Assembly: GCA_973895155.1 (NCBI GenBank)
Contig: OZ316895.1
Coordinates: 24,929,538-24,993,537, forward strand
Origin: Marsupella aquatica
Taxonomy: Eukaryota > Plantae > Marchantiophyta
Direction: 5' to 3'
Length of the DNA stretch: 64,000 nt
Part shown: positions 1-13,435 of the stretch, one piece after another
How positions within the stretch are numbered: position 1 is the first letter of the stretch
Layout: the number at the start of each line of letters is the position of its first letter
Program-made: the position numbers and the translations under genes
The notes under the pieces: model-generated
Told to the model about the DNA's origin: nothing
The model's database searches: none
The model's input: only the letters and a program-made list of their open reading frames with translations

Positions 1-1253
1 CAATTCCAATTGGACTTGTATCTACCGTAACAATCACTGGTCGCCCACAATCATAATCAATTCTCTTCAAAGCTATCATATCAGAAAGTGACTCTTTCAA
101 CTTCCTTACTGACATGGTATGCTCTTCCTCCCAAGTAAACTTCTTCCCTTTTCTTAGAAGCCGATATAATGGATCCGCTATATGTGCAAAATGTGGGATC
201 CAATGAACATAGAAGACACATGCCCCTAGGAATCTACGAACCTCGGTAGTTGTTTCACATACCTCCTTCATTTGCTTGATCGCATCCACCTTCGTTGGAC
301 ACGGCTTCCTCCCATATGGCCCACACAAATGTCCCACAATGAGGACCTCCTTTACCCCAAAGCTTGATTTCGCCCCAGACAGTGTCAAATGGACTTCTTC
401 CAACTTTGTCAAGATCTTATCACAATCTGCAATGTGGTCAGCAACAAACTTTCTACACCCCTTTGAGTTTTTTGCCTCATCCTTCTCCTCCTCACTACAA
501 CCCTTAATTGGTACATCGTCAATGAATGGCATTGTTATTTCTGGAATGAAGTCTCTTAGTACTTTGTTCATCCCGCTCATCATATGTGCAACAAAATTTG
601 TTGCTCCCATCGGCAAGGTACACATTCGAAGCAATCCTAGCGGCGTTCGCATTGCAGTTAAATCCCTGCTTTCAATAGCAAGTTGGAACTGGTCATATCC
701 CGAGTATAAATCCCCCATAGAGTATATCGATCTCCCTGCAAATGCATCTGTGAACTCATCCACAAGAGGACCAATTCCTACATTTCGTATGGTCACCTTG
801 TTGACAGGCTGCATATCTTGAATGAATCGTAATGCTCCAGACTTCTTTGGCACTGTAAACCACCTATTTGAGTACGGCGAACATGAAGGTTCCAAGATCC
901 CCATCCTAATTCTCTCCTTCAAAAGTTCTAACAGTTTAGGCAATAGAGCTTTAGGTACAGGAATAGGCCTCAAATTCCAAGGTATATGCGGAACTGTGAA
1001 AATAATCATAGGAGCCACTACCCTTGGATCTACACACCCTATCTCATCTGGTTTGAAGGCAAATCCTTTACCATGTTTTGATAGCATCTCCCGAAAGCAC
1101 TCCTCCTTTGCAGGTGTGAGAAATCCTTGATCGCCAATTTTCAACTCCTTCAACGATGCCTCATCAAAGGTGTGCCCTATCTTTTTAGGGTCCCTTAAAG
1201 TTGGTTGCTGCCCAGCAGAATCTAGCTTTTCCCTGAAATCAGTAGGTAACGAC
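1..1253 (-). mobile_element. Ty3/gypsy LTR retrotransposon pol, reverse transcriptase and start of RNase H region (runs off the left edge)
   Basis: Minus-strand translation reads GILEPSCSPYSNRWFTVPKKSGALRFIQDMQPVN...DLYSGYDQF...LPMGATN...MPFIDDVPIKG (catalytic FIDD at ~516-527) and DYDCGRPVIVTVDTSPIGIG at the edge. The frame continues from 5575 once the 1254-5569 insertion and one TSD copy are removed (KVKPVALSL|PTDFREK). Confidence 0.93.
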
Positions 1254-1983
1254 TGTGACGCCGCCGGTACGGCGGTTAATGAGTGATTCAGTCTAACTGC
1301 GCTCGGCACGCGCGTTAGGTGGGTCTTAGGCCACTATTATTAGCATAACGACAGTATTTAGGTAATCATTAGGGGTAGGACATCATTAGGCAATAAGGGG
1401 GACTTCAGGTTCGGGCTGACGGCGGGTCGCTATTCGCACACCCGGGTTATGAGCATGGAGGGGCCCCTCCCTCGGGTCCGTATAACGAACTTAAGGAAGC
1501 GGCCACTGACGCACGCTGACTCAGACCGGCGGAGTGGCCGGTACACCACAAGCGTGAGCGGTTCAACCTATGGGCGTCGAGGAGACGTCGGGGATCGACA
1601 AGCCCTCAAAGTATAAAAAGGGAGCCAACCCTTTGTAGTGCACCAGTCCATCAGTCCGCGCGCCAGCTTCGACCCCAGCTCTCTCGTTCTCTCTAGGTCG
1701 CCACTACTATCTCCTCTGAATGTCGCACACGATCCTCTCCAGCTCGGCCATTCGATTCTGGACGCAGTTCCTATCTACCGGAAGGCACTTGGCCGATTCA
1801 TTGAAACACGCCAACCCGCGCAGATACGAGATCGAACGCGAATACGAGAGAGCCATCCGCCTAGCAGGATGACACCACTACGTCCTTAACTTTGACTACC
1901 CATCTCAGAGCGAGCTTTACCGACCAGCTGAGGTATCTGGGTACTTCTTTGACGGAGACAAATATATCGGGTTCTGGGAAGCA

Positions 1984-4667
1984 TTGCTTCGGCTTCCGGA
2001 CGAGGTCTTCAATATCCCGGGTACAATCGACCTGCAGCGACATCACTTCGACCACATCCCTGCCCAGGTTCGGGCAGTCATTAACGGCGAGTCCAGTACC
2101 AACCGTTCGACAAGGGCGTCCGCACTCGCTTCGGAGAACTTCTACCAGCACCTACAGAGCTTCATGGGAACTCGGCCATCAACCAACATGACCAACTCAG
2201 CCGGACCCGTACCCGTACCCGTACCCGTGCCCATGCAACCTCAGCTTCAGCTTCAGCCTCAGCCGCAGCCTAGCCAAACCCCACCACCTATCACCCAGCC
2301 AGCACAGGTACGCTCCGTCATCAACGCTGTAGATCTTAGCGATGACGACGAGGCTACCCCACCCTTGACCAGGCGGCCCAGAGGAACAAGCGCTCGGGGG
2401 GCCGACACTATACCGTCCCCACCCCCTGCTCTGACCCCAGGAGCGGCCCCAGCAGACAACATGGTGACCGTGGCCGCCCCGGGCCCGTTACCAACCGTAG
2501 TGGCACTCCCCAGGCCCGATCGGGAGGATGGGGAAGTATCACCTTCCCCGAGTCAGTCACGGGGAAAGAAGAGAAAGGAATCCGCCAGTGCATCCGGGTT
2601 ACCGTTGGCCACGGTAGCCGTAGCCAAGGTAACGATGCATCGCATGGGGGAAAACGTTCACAGCAACATCCTCCATCCCAAGCCTCGGGGGTCTCACTAC
2701 ATGGGGACCTCCCCATCACCTGCGACGTTTTTAGGCCTTGGACCCCCTAAAATGTAAGAAAAAAATATTATTTTTTAACCCCTATAAAGTTGGAATATTC
2801 TTGGAATATTCCAAAAATTGGATTAAAAAGGCCCTAATATTCTTATAAGTCTCAAAATTGAATTTAAAAGACCCTATTGTTCTTCTACAAAAATTCTTAA
2901 GTCTTCCCTTATAACCAATAAAATGACCCTATCCTTCGTCGCACGTGATATGCCATTTTTGTGGAAGTGAAACCCCCGAGTCCCAAGCATGCGGTGTACC
3001 TGAAGACTTAGGGATTTGAGCACCTCGCCTCTCTCCCCTGGAACACTTGCAGGTACTACGGGGAGGACATGACAGAATTCGTCAAGAATTATGACGACGT
3101 ACGTCAACATACTCGGCTGCGGGGAAGGAATATGTCCCTCACAGAAGAACGGCTCAAGATGATCTTCGGGTTACCCGAAGGTGACCATCGAGTCGAATCA
3201 CGGGCTCCCGGGGGCAAGGGGGCCAAGTACCAATCTTCAAGTTTCCCCTCAGAGGGATCAGTAGACAACGGGTTCGTGATGAGGACCTGCCTCATGCCCG
3301 AGATAGCTGAGCGGCTGGAGTTCCAGAGGTATGCTCTCCACTTGATGGAACCCCGGGGGGAGATCTCCGCCGCCCAAGTCATCCAGGTCGAGAACTATCG
3401 ACCTAGGAAGTGGGCGTTGTACTTCGCTAAGAAATTCCATGAAGAGATGGAGCGGCGAAGGAAGACGCTGTACATTGGCGGGAAGGCGTATTTCGCTAGC
3501 CACATCGAAATCATTCTTGAGTGGTATGCCCGGTTTGATCGACGAACCCTTCCCCGCCTCAACGTTACAAAGCTGGTCCCAGCTAGGTGGGTTTTTCTGG
3601 CATTGGAGAGACGGCCCCAACCCGAGGCCCGAAGTCCAGTGGACACGCCAGCTTCACCCACCCCACCTCCACAAATAGCTGTAATCGTAACCGAGGAGGC
3701 GCCGGAGGGGTCGGACGTCGCAACCGTTGATGCGACCCAACTAGCCGGGCTAAGTACAGAAGTTGGTACGGCAGAGGTCTTACCCGAACCCGGGTCTCCC
3801 AAGGACCCGCCGGTGGCAATTCCGGAGAACCGGACATCGCTGCAGGAGGATACTCCGGCCCCTTCCAACGTTATGTCCCCAGGGCTGGACGTCACTGCCC
3901 CGGCCCCTGCGCGTGTTGATGTCTGCCCGTGCCCAAATCCGGACAGGCACAACTTGGACCACCCGGAACTCTTCGTACAGGGTACGTTTCTGAACGGGCT
4001 TCTGGGAGATTTCTCTCATCAAATTGCCCGGGATACCGGGGAGTTCATGGCTCGGAAGGTAGCCTGTTTCTTCAATCAGGAGTTGGTTGCCGCCGTAAAG
4101 GCAGGGCGGGCCCAGTCGGAGGCCCTTCAGAGGATAGAGCGGTACCGGGTGGAGTCCGTGTACCTAAAGAACGAAGTGGCGGCTCAAGAGGCTGAGCTTC
4201 TGCAACTACGACCCAAGGTTGCAGCCGCCGATGAGTTGTTATCAAAGGCGCACGCTCTTACCGCCCTAGCCGAACAGGCCAAAGCTGGGAACGAGGCCGA
4301 GATTACACGACTCCGGAACCAGATTGACAGTTTGAAGAAACAAGCTGTCACCTGGCAGAAAGACCTGGAGGAGGCCGAGGAGCGAGCCCAGCGGGACGCG
4401 ACGGAGATAGCCACGCTGCAGGCCGAGATGGCGCGGCTCCAAACCGAGGCCGAGAAGCAGGACCAGCTGGCGAGTAAACTGGCGAGCGACGCCCAGCAGC
4501 TGGAGGAGGCATGTCAGGAGGCAGCAGAGGAGACGGACGCGGCGAGGCGAGAGAACGAATCTCTGCTGGACCAGGTCCAGCTCCTCAAAGCGGACAATGA
4601 CAGGCTTCGAAGGCAGCGGGATGGCCGTTCCCATTCGGGCGGCTTTGGCAAGCGTGCCAGGCATTAG
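1984..4667 (+). pseudogene. Disrupted accessory ORF of the 4.3-kb element: P/Q-rich N-terminus, plant retrotransposon accessory domain (Athila/Tat extra-ORF-like), C-terminal coiled coil
   Basis: ORFs 1984..2757 and 3069..4667 are in frame once the MITE and one TSD are removed (ILHPKHAVYLKT*GFEHLASLPWNTCRYYGEDMTEFVKNY...RLRGRNMSLTEERLKMIFGLPEG), leaving one TAG near 3009. The EF..NY...RG..I.L....I...FGLP pattern resembles LTR-element accessory ORFs. The true start may lie further upstream (~1720). Confidence 0.65.
2684..2980. mobile_element. 297-bp MITE with 15-bp TIRs and 8-bp TSD
   Basis: Left end CTCGGGGGTCTCACT, right end AGTGAAACCCCCGAG (14/15 inverted match). TSD TCCCAAGC at 2676-2683 and 2981-2988. 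AT-rich non-coding interior. Confidence 0.92.
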
Positions 4668-5574
4668 CGGCGGAGTAGGAATAGATTAGGATTAGGATTG
4701 GCTCGGTCAGGCTCTTGGGACAGGCACCTGCCTTAGGTACGGCAGCGCTGCCCTGCTGTCCAGCCTGCGTAGATTAGGATCTTCTAATAAAACACAGTCG
4801 TTTTCCGGCCTGACTGTCAGCTTAGTTAGGACCTTGGTCAGCGAATCTTCGGCGGGAGGATACCCCGTTCCTCGGCTCTTAGTATTTAGTGCACCCCTCG
4901 GTAGAGGCAGGGGGGGGGGTTTTTAGTTTCAGAGTCGGACATCCGCGGGACACGCGGGGAGTCCCGACCTCTAGGAATGACAGAGTACCAAGGGGAGGGG
5001 GTAGGACTAAGCTTGCCGGGCGAGTGCGGAGCCGGGCTCCGTTGTAGTGTGCACCCTTGGCCTTGAACCTGTGCATTCCAGGGCTGTCGTGTCAACTAAG
5101 TGTACGCATATGTTCCCTTTGTAGTAAAAATCCTTTCCCATCATTTTTCCTTCGTGTAAATCGAGATTGTATGCATGTGTGCGCATATGTGTGTGGGTTT
5201 CTCGTATATGGGTGGCAGCGCCGGGCCGAACGCACTACCCGAGACGTGCACAGGGTGCAGCCTGCGGGTAAGTGGTTGCGAGCACGGGTTGAGGACCTGT
5301 ATCATCGAATCCGGATCGAAGGCGGACAGCACGAAGGCTTAGAAGCCCTTAAGCCGGGGTCGATCCTGCTATCGACTAAGGTACGTTCCGGCGGCGGAAC
5401 ACAAACCATACCTAGGAGGTGTCCGTATTTAGTAGTATGCGCACTTAGCGCTAGTTTACGAGAATAAGGTGCATTACGTGCTTCCCTTCCTGCCCGAACC
5501 CTCAGATTTACGATGGATGTGCCCGTCTAAGCTGAAGTCTGAGTTAAGGCCGAAGCCTACGACGTGACAACGAC

Positions 5575-6922
5575 AATGCTACTGGTTTTACCTTCTTTGC
5601 TACTGATTTGTACTTTGTCTCCACAAGCACTTCAGGTCTCTCTCTTCCAACAAACGATCTGATTACCTCATATACTCTATGAGAGCATATTTTCACCATA
5701 CTTTGGTCACTCTGTAATATAGACTCTAGTCCTTCTATGGTGTCATCAAAACAAACTTCCTCAAACACTCATGAAATGTACTCATCCCCAATCAATTCTC
5801 CTCTCCTTCTCAATTCTTTCTCTATAATCTTCACTCTATTTTTCTCAAATTTTTTAAAGGTTTCCACCTTCATGTACGAAATCAATCCCTCTTCTATAAA
5901 ACCTAAGAACCCATGAGAAAAACCCTCCCCATCTTCTACTTCAAGCGAGAGGTGTTCTACCTTTGTACCATTGTATTCTCGCTCTACCATGGTACTTCCC
6001 CAAAATCCTTAAATTCTGGAGTCACCCTTGGCAATGGTCTCTCCCTCAAGCTGTCTCCATTCCTTGCATGATCTGGACACACGGTCAAGAATTGTACTGT
6101 TTGCTTTCCATCTTTGCTCCTGATCCTGGCATATGATGATCCATCATCCATTGTCTTTGTCTCCATCCGCAATCCCGTTATGTATGGCATTCCAAGTATA
6201 ATCGGATAGGTAGCTGACTCTTGGACAAAAAAGTTTTGCCCCTCCTTGATATCTCCTATCGTGATATTAACATTGGGGCAGGCTCCCCATAAACTACCTT
6301 TAGAATTGTTTGATGCTCTCATCAACCATCCATGCTCCTTGTCGACAGGCCAATCCCCTCTGTCAAACAATTCCTTGGACATGAGGTTAATTTCTGACCC
6401 TGAATCCACCAATGCCACAACAGGTTCTTCCAAGTGTCCGATGTGCACCAAGGTTTCCGTAGTGGCTCTAGCCCAATGATTGCGCAAATAGTGACTCTTT
6501 CAAGCCACTTGCTCCTCTTCATCAGCAAATCGCACTATAGATGTTTGATAACATAGAGCCACATTCTTGTCTCCTTCTCCCATGATTCCTTGTACGCTTG
6601 TAGCTTCTGGTTCAACCAAACTCTGACGCTTTCTTTTGATGATATCAATGATGACTTCATGAAACTCTCATTTTGCAATACCCAACACTTCGCCCAATGT
6701 GAACTCCACTTTGCCATTGAGAATCCTCTCCTCCAGCACTTTCTTCAGATCTGTAGCTAGCTCAATGTCGGATTGCAATTTGTATGCTGGCCCTTTCCCC
6801 TTCTCTTTTGACTGATTTCTCCTCCCCTTCATGGAATACGCTTCATCCATCATTTCCTCTCGAGGTGGAGCTGAATCAGCATGCACTCTTTCCTCCCTTG
6901 CCGGTGTCCTAAGGATAAGCAA
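5575..6922 (-). mobile_element. Upstream part of the same Ty3/gypsy element (end of gag and aspartic protease), with stops and frameshifts
   Basis: ORF 5984..6487 contains the retropepsin motif ALVDSGSEINLM and YPIILGMPY. Adjacent ORFs (KGKGPAYKLQSDIE...; KYKSVAKKVKPVA) are collinear pieces of gag-pol. Confidence 0.88.
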
Positions 6923-9900
6923 AGAGGTGGGAAAAGAGGCTCAAGGGACACGCAGGGTGTATGGCTGCTTGAGATATAGGAAACGGTTGCAAACAAGATA
7001 AAGTAGACCCTAAGCACTTCCTTTCATCCCCATCATCACAAGCAAGCAAGCAAGCAAGCAAGCATGCATGCTTTCGAAACTCAAGCCATTTACATACTCA
7101 TATCCAATCACAATCAAAATAACTAGTTCAAGCTTCCCAATGTAATCCTCACAAGTCTAAGCCCAACATTCAATTGGTCACCATTCCTTTTCCAACACTT
7201 GATTGCACACAATCCCTTGCAACCCTCTAAGGTACACAAGTTCAAGCTTACATCAATGTGGTCAAGTTAAGGGTCACTCTTGGTTGTGGCTAAGACAAGT
7301 GGGACATCCAAAGGTATGCAAGGCATCTCTATGCACCATTCAAACATCCAACTTTTGAAACATGGAAAACTACTTTCGAAAAGTGACCTAGGGTTGGTCA
7401 ACAAACTCCTTAACAAACATGGAATTGACCTTAGTCCCTTCCTCTAGTAGAACCACCAAGTACAATCCACAAACAACCCATTCCATCAATAGAAAATGCC
7501 TTTACTCTTTACTCTTGTAACTTCCCTCATGCATAATAACTACTTTCGAAAGTACCTTCATTCAACCCATCTACTTTCAAAAACACCTTCAAGCTCACAA
7601 CAACATTCAAAAATGGCATGAAGACATTCATTCTAACCATTCCATCACTCATAGCCAAAGCAAGGCATCAACACACATCTCAAAAACGAGGATACCTCTC
7701 CTCTAAATGCATAGCAAGAAGGCACATGTAGCATCATGGCCTCCAAGTAAAAACATGGGTCACAAGCAAGACCCTCCTAGCAAAAATGAATCATCACCAA
7801 GTCTAGTCATCAACCAAGCATTCAAAATCCCTCCATAGCCTATCCAAGCTTCAAAACCCTAGTCTCCTTCTCTCATACTTCCTTCTATCAACCAAATCTA
7901 CTTTCGAAGCTTCAAGTCAAGGAGTTTACAAGAGAGTAGGCCTTCTTAGTGAGCCATCTCTAATGCAAGACTCCCAAGCTTCAACAAGATTAGGTCTCAT
8001 CTCCTCTAAGCTTTCAAAAATCTCCTACAAGTCCATTCTCCTCAAAACTTGAAGCAACAAACCTACATTCGAGTATGCCTTCTTGTGGGCAATCTCTCAT
8101 GTAAGCTCCTTATACTTCCTACTCACATCCTACCTCCTTCCTAAGGCTTTGAGTCAGCCTCTCCTACATTCGAAACCTCTCTCCAAATCCCTAGAAAAAC
8201 CGTCACAAAACTCAATCTCTTCACATTCAAAGCTTCTACTCCATCTATCTCTTCACAAAATTGCCTCTACATCTCCTACCCTCAAAATCCAAAGGCCATG
8301 GCCAAGGAGGAGGGCTCCCCCTTCACTCATGCCTCATGCTCGAGCTCCCCTCAAGAGGTTCGCTCCTACCTATTCGAAACTTACTCAAAGACTCAAAAAC
8401 TGCCAAAAGCGACAGCACTTTAGCAGCATCACAGTGTGAGAGAGGGCCCTTGCCCTTCGAACTCTCCTCTTTAGTACTCTCGTGGGAAGGCCTGGGGCAA
8501 GGCACGAGCCCTCCACTTATGGTTTAAGTCCTCGACAATTTTCAGCCCTTGATCATCCATCAAAAAGATCTAAGGGTCAAAAATGAGCCAAAATACCATC
8601 CTTTGTAACTTTGTAACCAAATGAGGCTTCGCACTTTCGAAAAAACCTCGAACTCCTCCAAACCCTAAGGCACGTCCTCATCCTCAATCCTATCCATTCA
8701 TCCATTGACTCAACCAAGATCCACCGTTGACGTAGGTTCAATGAATCTAGTCCTTATTTCACAAAACTAGGAATCTGGCCCATATCTCACAAAACTGATG
8801 CACTTGGACCAAACCCTCTTACATGCCTTGAACCTGGTCACCTCCTCCATGTATTCAATGAACCTGGTCACCATGTTGCCAAAACCCTAAATACCTTGCT
8901 TGTTGAGCAAGCAACCTCCATTCCGCCAATCCGCCAAATGATAACTTAATCGCTGGTCACAAATGAAAAACATACCCCACAATAGTAACAAGGGTGGGTA
9001 GGCTCGACCTCATCCCTACCTTGACCCTCATAACTCTACTTCCTCCTTCACCTTGGTCAAGTTAGCTCAAGTCAAGTCAACTTGCCCAAGTTAGAAGCAA
9101 AAATTGGTTTCAACTTCCTTCACAAAACATGAGGATTCCTCCTTCAGGATGGAAACCTCATGACACCGGTCGCTTGGATGGTCCTTCATTGGCTTCGGTT
9201 CTCCTCCGCTTGTCTTCTACTGTCAAACACTTGTCAAGGAGCTTAAGCGGCTTTTCTCCCCAAAAGACTACCTAATACCTGCTCCATATCATACCAGGGT
9301 CACAAAGGATTGACAAAACTTCTGAAATGTGCCTACAATGACTTATCACTCCATACATAAGTAGTTTCAACTCTCCACTTCTAGAGAGGTAGTCCCCTTG
9401 ACTACTTTTGTACTCACACCCTTCCCCTCTCCTCTACTCCAAGGATCAGCAAGGGGGATCTTCGCTCCAAGCTGTCACCTTAGAGAAGAGTCTCACACAA
9501 ACACCCAAGAACCAAAGTACTTTCCTCTTCAAGCTTAAGTCTCCTCAAGACCCTCAAAGTAGTGTTACCCCTCAACCTTGCCCCCTGGGCCTTGGTTTGG
9601 GTCCACACATCCCCTTTGAGCTCTAGAGAAGGCTCCTCTATCTAAGGACTCTTCCTCTTGTTCTTACTTCTTGTTAACACCACACACAAGGCAAAATACT
9701 TTCCACCCTCAAGCTATAATCCTCTCTAAGTCTCAAAGTAGTGCTCTACCTTAACCTTGCCTCCTTGGCCTTGGTTTTGTACTAGCACATCCCCTTCAAG
9801 CTTAGACCAAGATTACATCATAGCATGGACTCTTCTCTTGCTCTCATATGCTTCAAATGCACTCACACTTAATGGTCACAATGAAGATTGGCAAGTCTCA

Positions 9901-10548
9901 TTTTATTGCATCACCTTTAAAACAAAATTTCACTACACATTCTCCACACTAAGCATGGACCACCTCTCCCTTCTCAAGCTTAGCCCTACCTTGGCAAGGT
10001 AGAGATTCCACTTAAGAGATGAGACTCCCGGTCCCTAACAAAGGAAAACTTTCTCCTTATATACTATTCTCCTTCCACACCACACCAAGCTTGACCTGGG
10101 GTCCAACTACTCCTCCCCCAAGTCCTCCTAACACACAAAGTCCAACTCTATAGTTTGTAGCTCACTCTACAACCTATTGCTTGACTCCTTCCAAGCCCTG
10201 GAATATGTCACACATGAGTTGCATGCTTTGATCTCCAAACCTGCTCTCACTTATGGTCCTCCTCACCAGCTTTCCAACCCACTTGAAAGCTCGCAAAAAG
10301 AGTGAGTGAGTCTCAAGTTGTGTCATGTCAAAGTTGGCTCATTATTTACTAGTCCTTACTTACTACCCCGACCTATCAACTTACTTTCCTTACCCTAACG
10401 GCCTTGCACCTTTACCCTGAGGTACTCTCTTCTCCATGTATCCTAACTTGGGTGACACGGGTGCAAGAAGTGTCGGCCTAAAAACCTGGTCTTACTTCCC
10501 CCATGCCGACTCCCGTTTGCAAGCTATGGGGACCCCCTCGTGACCTCT
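6923..10548 (-). mobile_element. Degenerate LTR-retroelement-like sequence that truncates the gypsy 5' region
   Basis: Abrupt change of composition at ~6920 with a strong C/A strand skew and recurrent (ACT)ACTTTCGAA motifs. Decayed gag-like frames on the minus strand (~7600-8500). A PBS-like TGGTATGATATGGAGC on the minus strand near 9281-9296. No intact domain. Confidence 0.35.
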
Positions 10549-11684
10549 TGTATATATCTTCTCTGCACAGCGCGTGCAATGAGGCCGGTCTTCAGGCCAT
10601 TTCAGGGTATTTAGGGAGCGCGGTGCATGGTCTCCTACATGCAGTGCACGGTCTCAACGTTTCATTATTTGGACTCCCACAACATTATTATTAAAACCTT
10701 TAAACTCCACTAGTATTGATTAGGGTGACTTACGGGTGGTTGCCGTAGGCTCCCATAACATTATTTTTTAAGTGTTCATACACCACTAGCATTCATTGTG
10801 ACTCACTTGTAGTCCCGCACTCCCATAACATTTCCAATAAAAGTCTTTTGCAGCTATAACATTCATGTTGAAACCATTGGACTCCGTTAGCATCAAAAGT
10901 GTCACCATTCAATTTGGGTTCGTGAGAAATACAAAGGAAACAAAGCTTGGTCAATGCTTCTAGAATTCTTGTACCAGCCTTCAATCTGGTTCTTTAATGT
11001 GCTCGTCACCTTCAAATTCCCTTCTGCATTATTGTTGGGTCGGTATTTTGGTCGGGAAGCATTGGCCTTCAAGAATTCCTGTTGCTGGCCTTCAATCTGG
11101 TCCTTGACTGTGCTCGCCACCTCCAAATTCCCTTCAATCTGCATCTTGAATCTTGCATCGCTTGGATGGCGTACTGACATCGTCAATAATTGCAGCAAGT
11201 GATGGATTAGAGTCATTCACTGTCAGATGCAGTCTTCGAGCGAAGGCATTTCCGAATGGTTGCGTTTTTTATGCTTACTGGTGGCAGTGGCGTGGCGTGG
11301 TTTCAGGCTGAGTGTGCAGTGATGGAGCTTCTCTTCTGTACAACATCCATGGTTGCGGTATCCATGCCTTGCTACTCACCTCCATCTGTGTTGCAACTCC
11401 ATTCAGACACTCCTAGGACCCAAATCGCCTTCACTGTCCAACCCACCATACAACACTCTTATGTAAAGGCTGTGTCTCACATGCGATACATGGTATGTCT
11501 CCAAGTTTCAGCATATGGACTCCCACAACATTTCCGGTTAAAGTGGAGGCTCCCATAACATTTCCGGTTAAACCGTAGACTCCCATAGCTTTCATGTTGA
11601 AACCTTTAAACTCCGTTAGCATCAAATGTGTCACCATTCAATTTTGGACGTGGGAAATGAGATACAAAATTTTGGACGTGGGAA

Positions 11685-11945
11685 ATGCCCATGTGCTCAG
11701 ATGGGTATGTATGTTTCAAATTACAGTATTTTGAAGGTTGGGGGTTACGAGGGATGGGGTATTCCAAAACGCACAGCCACCATGTGTTGGGGTAATGCAA
11801 GTGCCAATGTGCTCCGAAGGGTATGTATGTATCAAATTACAGTATTTTGAAGGTTGGGGGGTATGAGGGATGGGGTATTCTAAAATGCACAGCCACCATG
11901 GGCTGGGGTAATGCAAATTAATGCCCATGTGCTCTGAAGGGTATT
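11685..11945. repeat. ~120-bp tandem duplication inside the long repeat
   Basis: GGGTATGTATGT..CAAATTACAGTATTTTGAAGGTTGGGGG...GCACAGCCACCATG occurs twice, with a third partial copy at ~12280-12350. Confidence 0.8.
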
Positions 11946-13039
11946 AATAGGATAATGTCCTGGTTAGAGGGCATTGTGGGATATAATGCTCGTAACTAGG
12001 ACATTTAATGTACGTAAAAACTTGAGTGACTTTTTGGTAACAAACAAGAAAAAGTGAATCCCTGAAATAGAAAATTCAAATTAAAGGGTCATCCAAGAAG
12101 TGGTTGCTATGGAATTGGCCAAAAATATACCTTCTTTAGTTATATTAGATTCTATTCATAGATATTGTGTTAGTATCAGGTAGGTGTTTTGTATAATCCC
12201 CTCCTAAAAAAAAGGGGTGCATTATGGAGAATTAATGCACTCAAATATACAAAGAGAAAAGCCACGAAAGTCTTTACGTATCAAAATTACAGTATTGAAG
12301 GTGAAGGGGGGTACGTGGGATGGGGGTATTCTATAACGCACAGCCACAGTTGAAGCCACTTTGATAAGTGATTACTCAGTTGAACAATAGGAGAGCAATG
12401 CTGCTCTAAGTGGAATGTCTTATTTTGTTTACGAGTGGAATGTTTTGTGGACTACCGTAAACAGACATGTTCATTAATGAAGAAATGCGGTGCTGGTCAG
12501 ACTGTCCTCACTGTTGTTTTTATAAAGTGGGATGAGAAGCTATTGACAAACCACATCATCACTGACCACACACACTCTTACTGTATAATAATCAGAAGTA
12601 CTCACTGTACTGTCCAGTAGTCTGCGTTTTTGGATTAGTTGTGATGATTTCTGTTCAGTCTGCTACTATAAGGAGGTTGAATGGGCAACCTTCCAGTATG
12701 GGTGAAGGTTTTTTCGGGAACAAACAGGCACAGCAGGGTAGTATGGTTGAATTGCCTAATCTATCTTGTTGTGGGCATTGTATTGCACCTCGCGCTAACC
12801 CTTGGTACACTCTTAATCTTAAAAGGTGTTCATCTGTAAAGGCCAAGTATTCTGATAAACCCACACAACACTATTGAAAGAAAAGGAACAAGGTTTAGAG
12901 TTTAGAGTATTCTGAGAAAACCACACACTGTTGACACTGTTTACATGATAAATGGCCATTGTCAGTAAGAGATACAAAAGTTGAGGTCATGTAATGCGGT
13001 ATTATGGTTCATATTATTTAGGAAATTGGGCCATATACG

Positions 13040-13435
13040 TGGATATCATGCACAAGCTAGGGTAATCTAATAATCGAGTAATGTACAACTAAGGTTAATG
13101 TTAGGAATACATCTGAACCTCGGGGTAATCCAATCACAAAGCAATGTACTAGACAAGTTAATCTTAGGATATTGTGCCATACACACGGATACGAAAGTTG
13201 GGGTAATCTTATCCATCAATAAATATACATTAATTAATGTTTAGGATTTGTGCCATACACATGAATACAAAAGCCGGGGTAATCCTACACAAGGATACGA
13301 AACGCAAGCCGGGGTAATCTTATAATCAATAAAGTACTAGTAAGGTTAATGTTTGGAAATTGGCCACACCCATGGATACAAAGCTGGGGTAATCCTACAC
13401 ATAGATACGAAGCAAATGCCGGGGTAATCTAATAA
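13040..13435. repeat. Degenerate tandem repeats with core GGGTAATC
   Basis: About seven recurrences of (G)GGGTAATC(T/C) at irregular 35-110 bp spacing. Copy 2 (60700-61045) has one fewer unit. Confidence 0.7.

Larger units (their letters stand above)
1254..5569. mobile_element. 4316-bp solo-LTR-like or non-autonomous LTR-type insertion nested in the gypsy pol
   Basis: Starts TGTGACG and ends CGTGACA (TG...CA, imperfect 7-bp inverted ends). Flanked by a 5-bp duplication ACGAC (1249-1253 and 5570-5574). GC-richer than the flanks. TATAAAA at ~1613. Confidence 0.88.

Noticed and set aside
276-1130. Plus-strand ORFs of 181 and 102 aa
   Set aside because: They are antisense shadows of the minus-strand gypsy RT.
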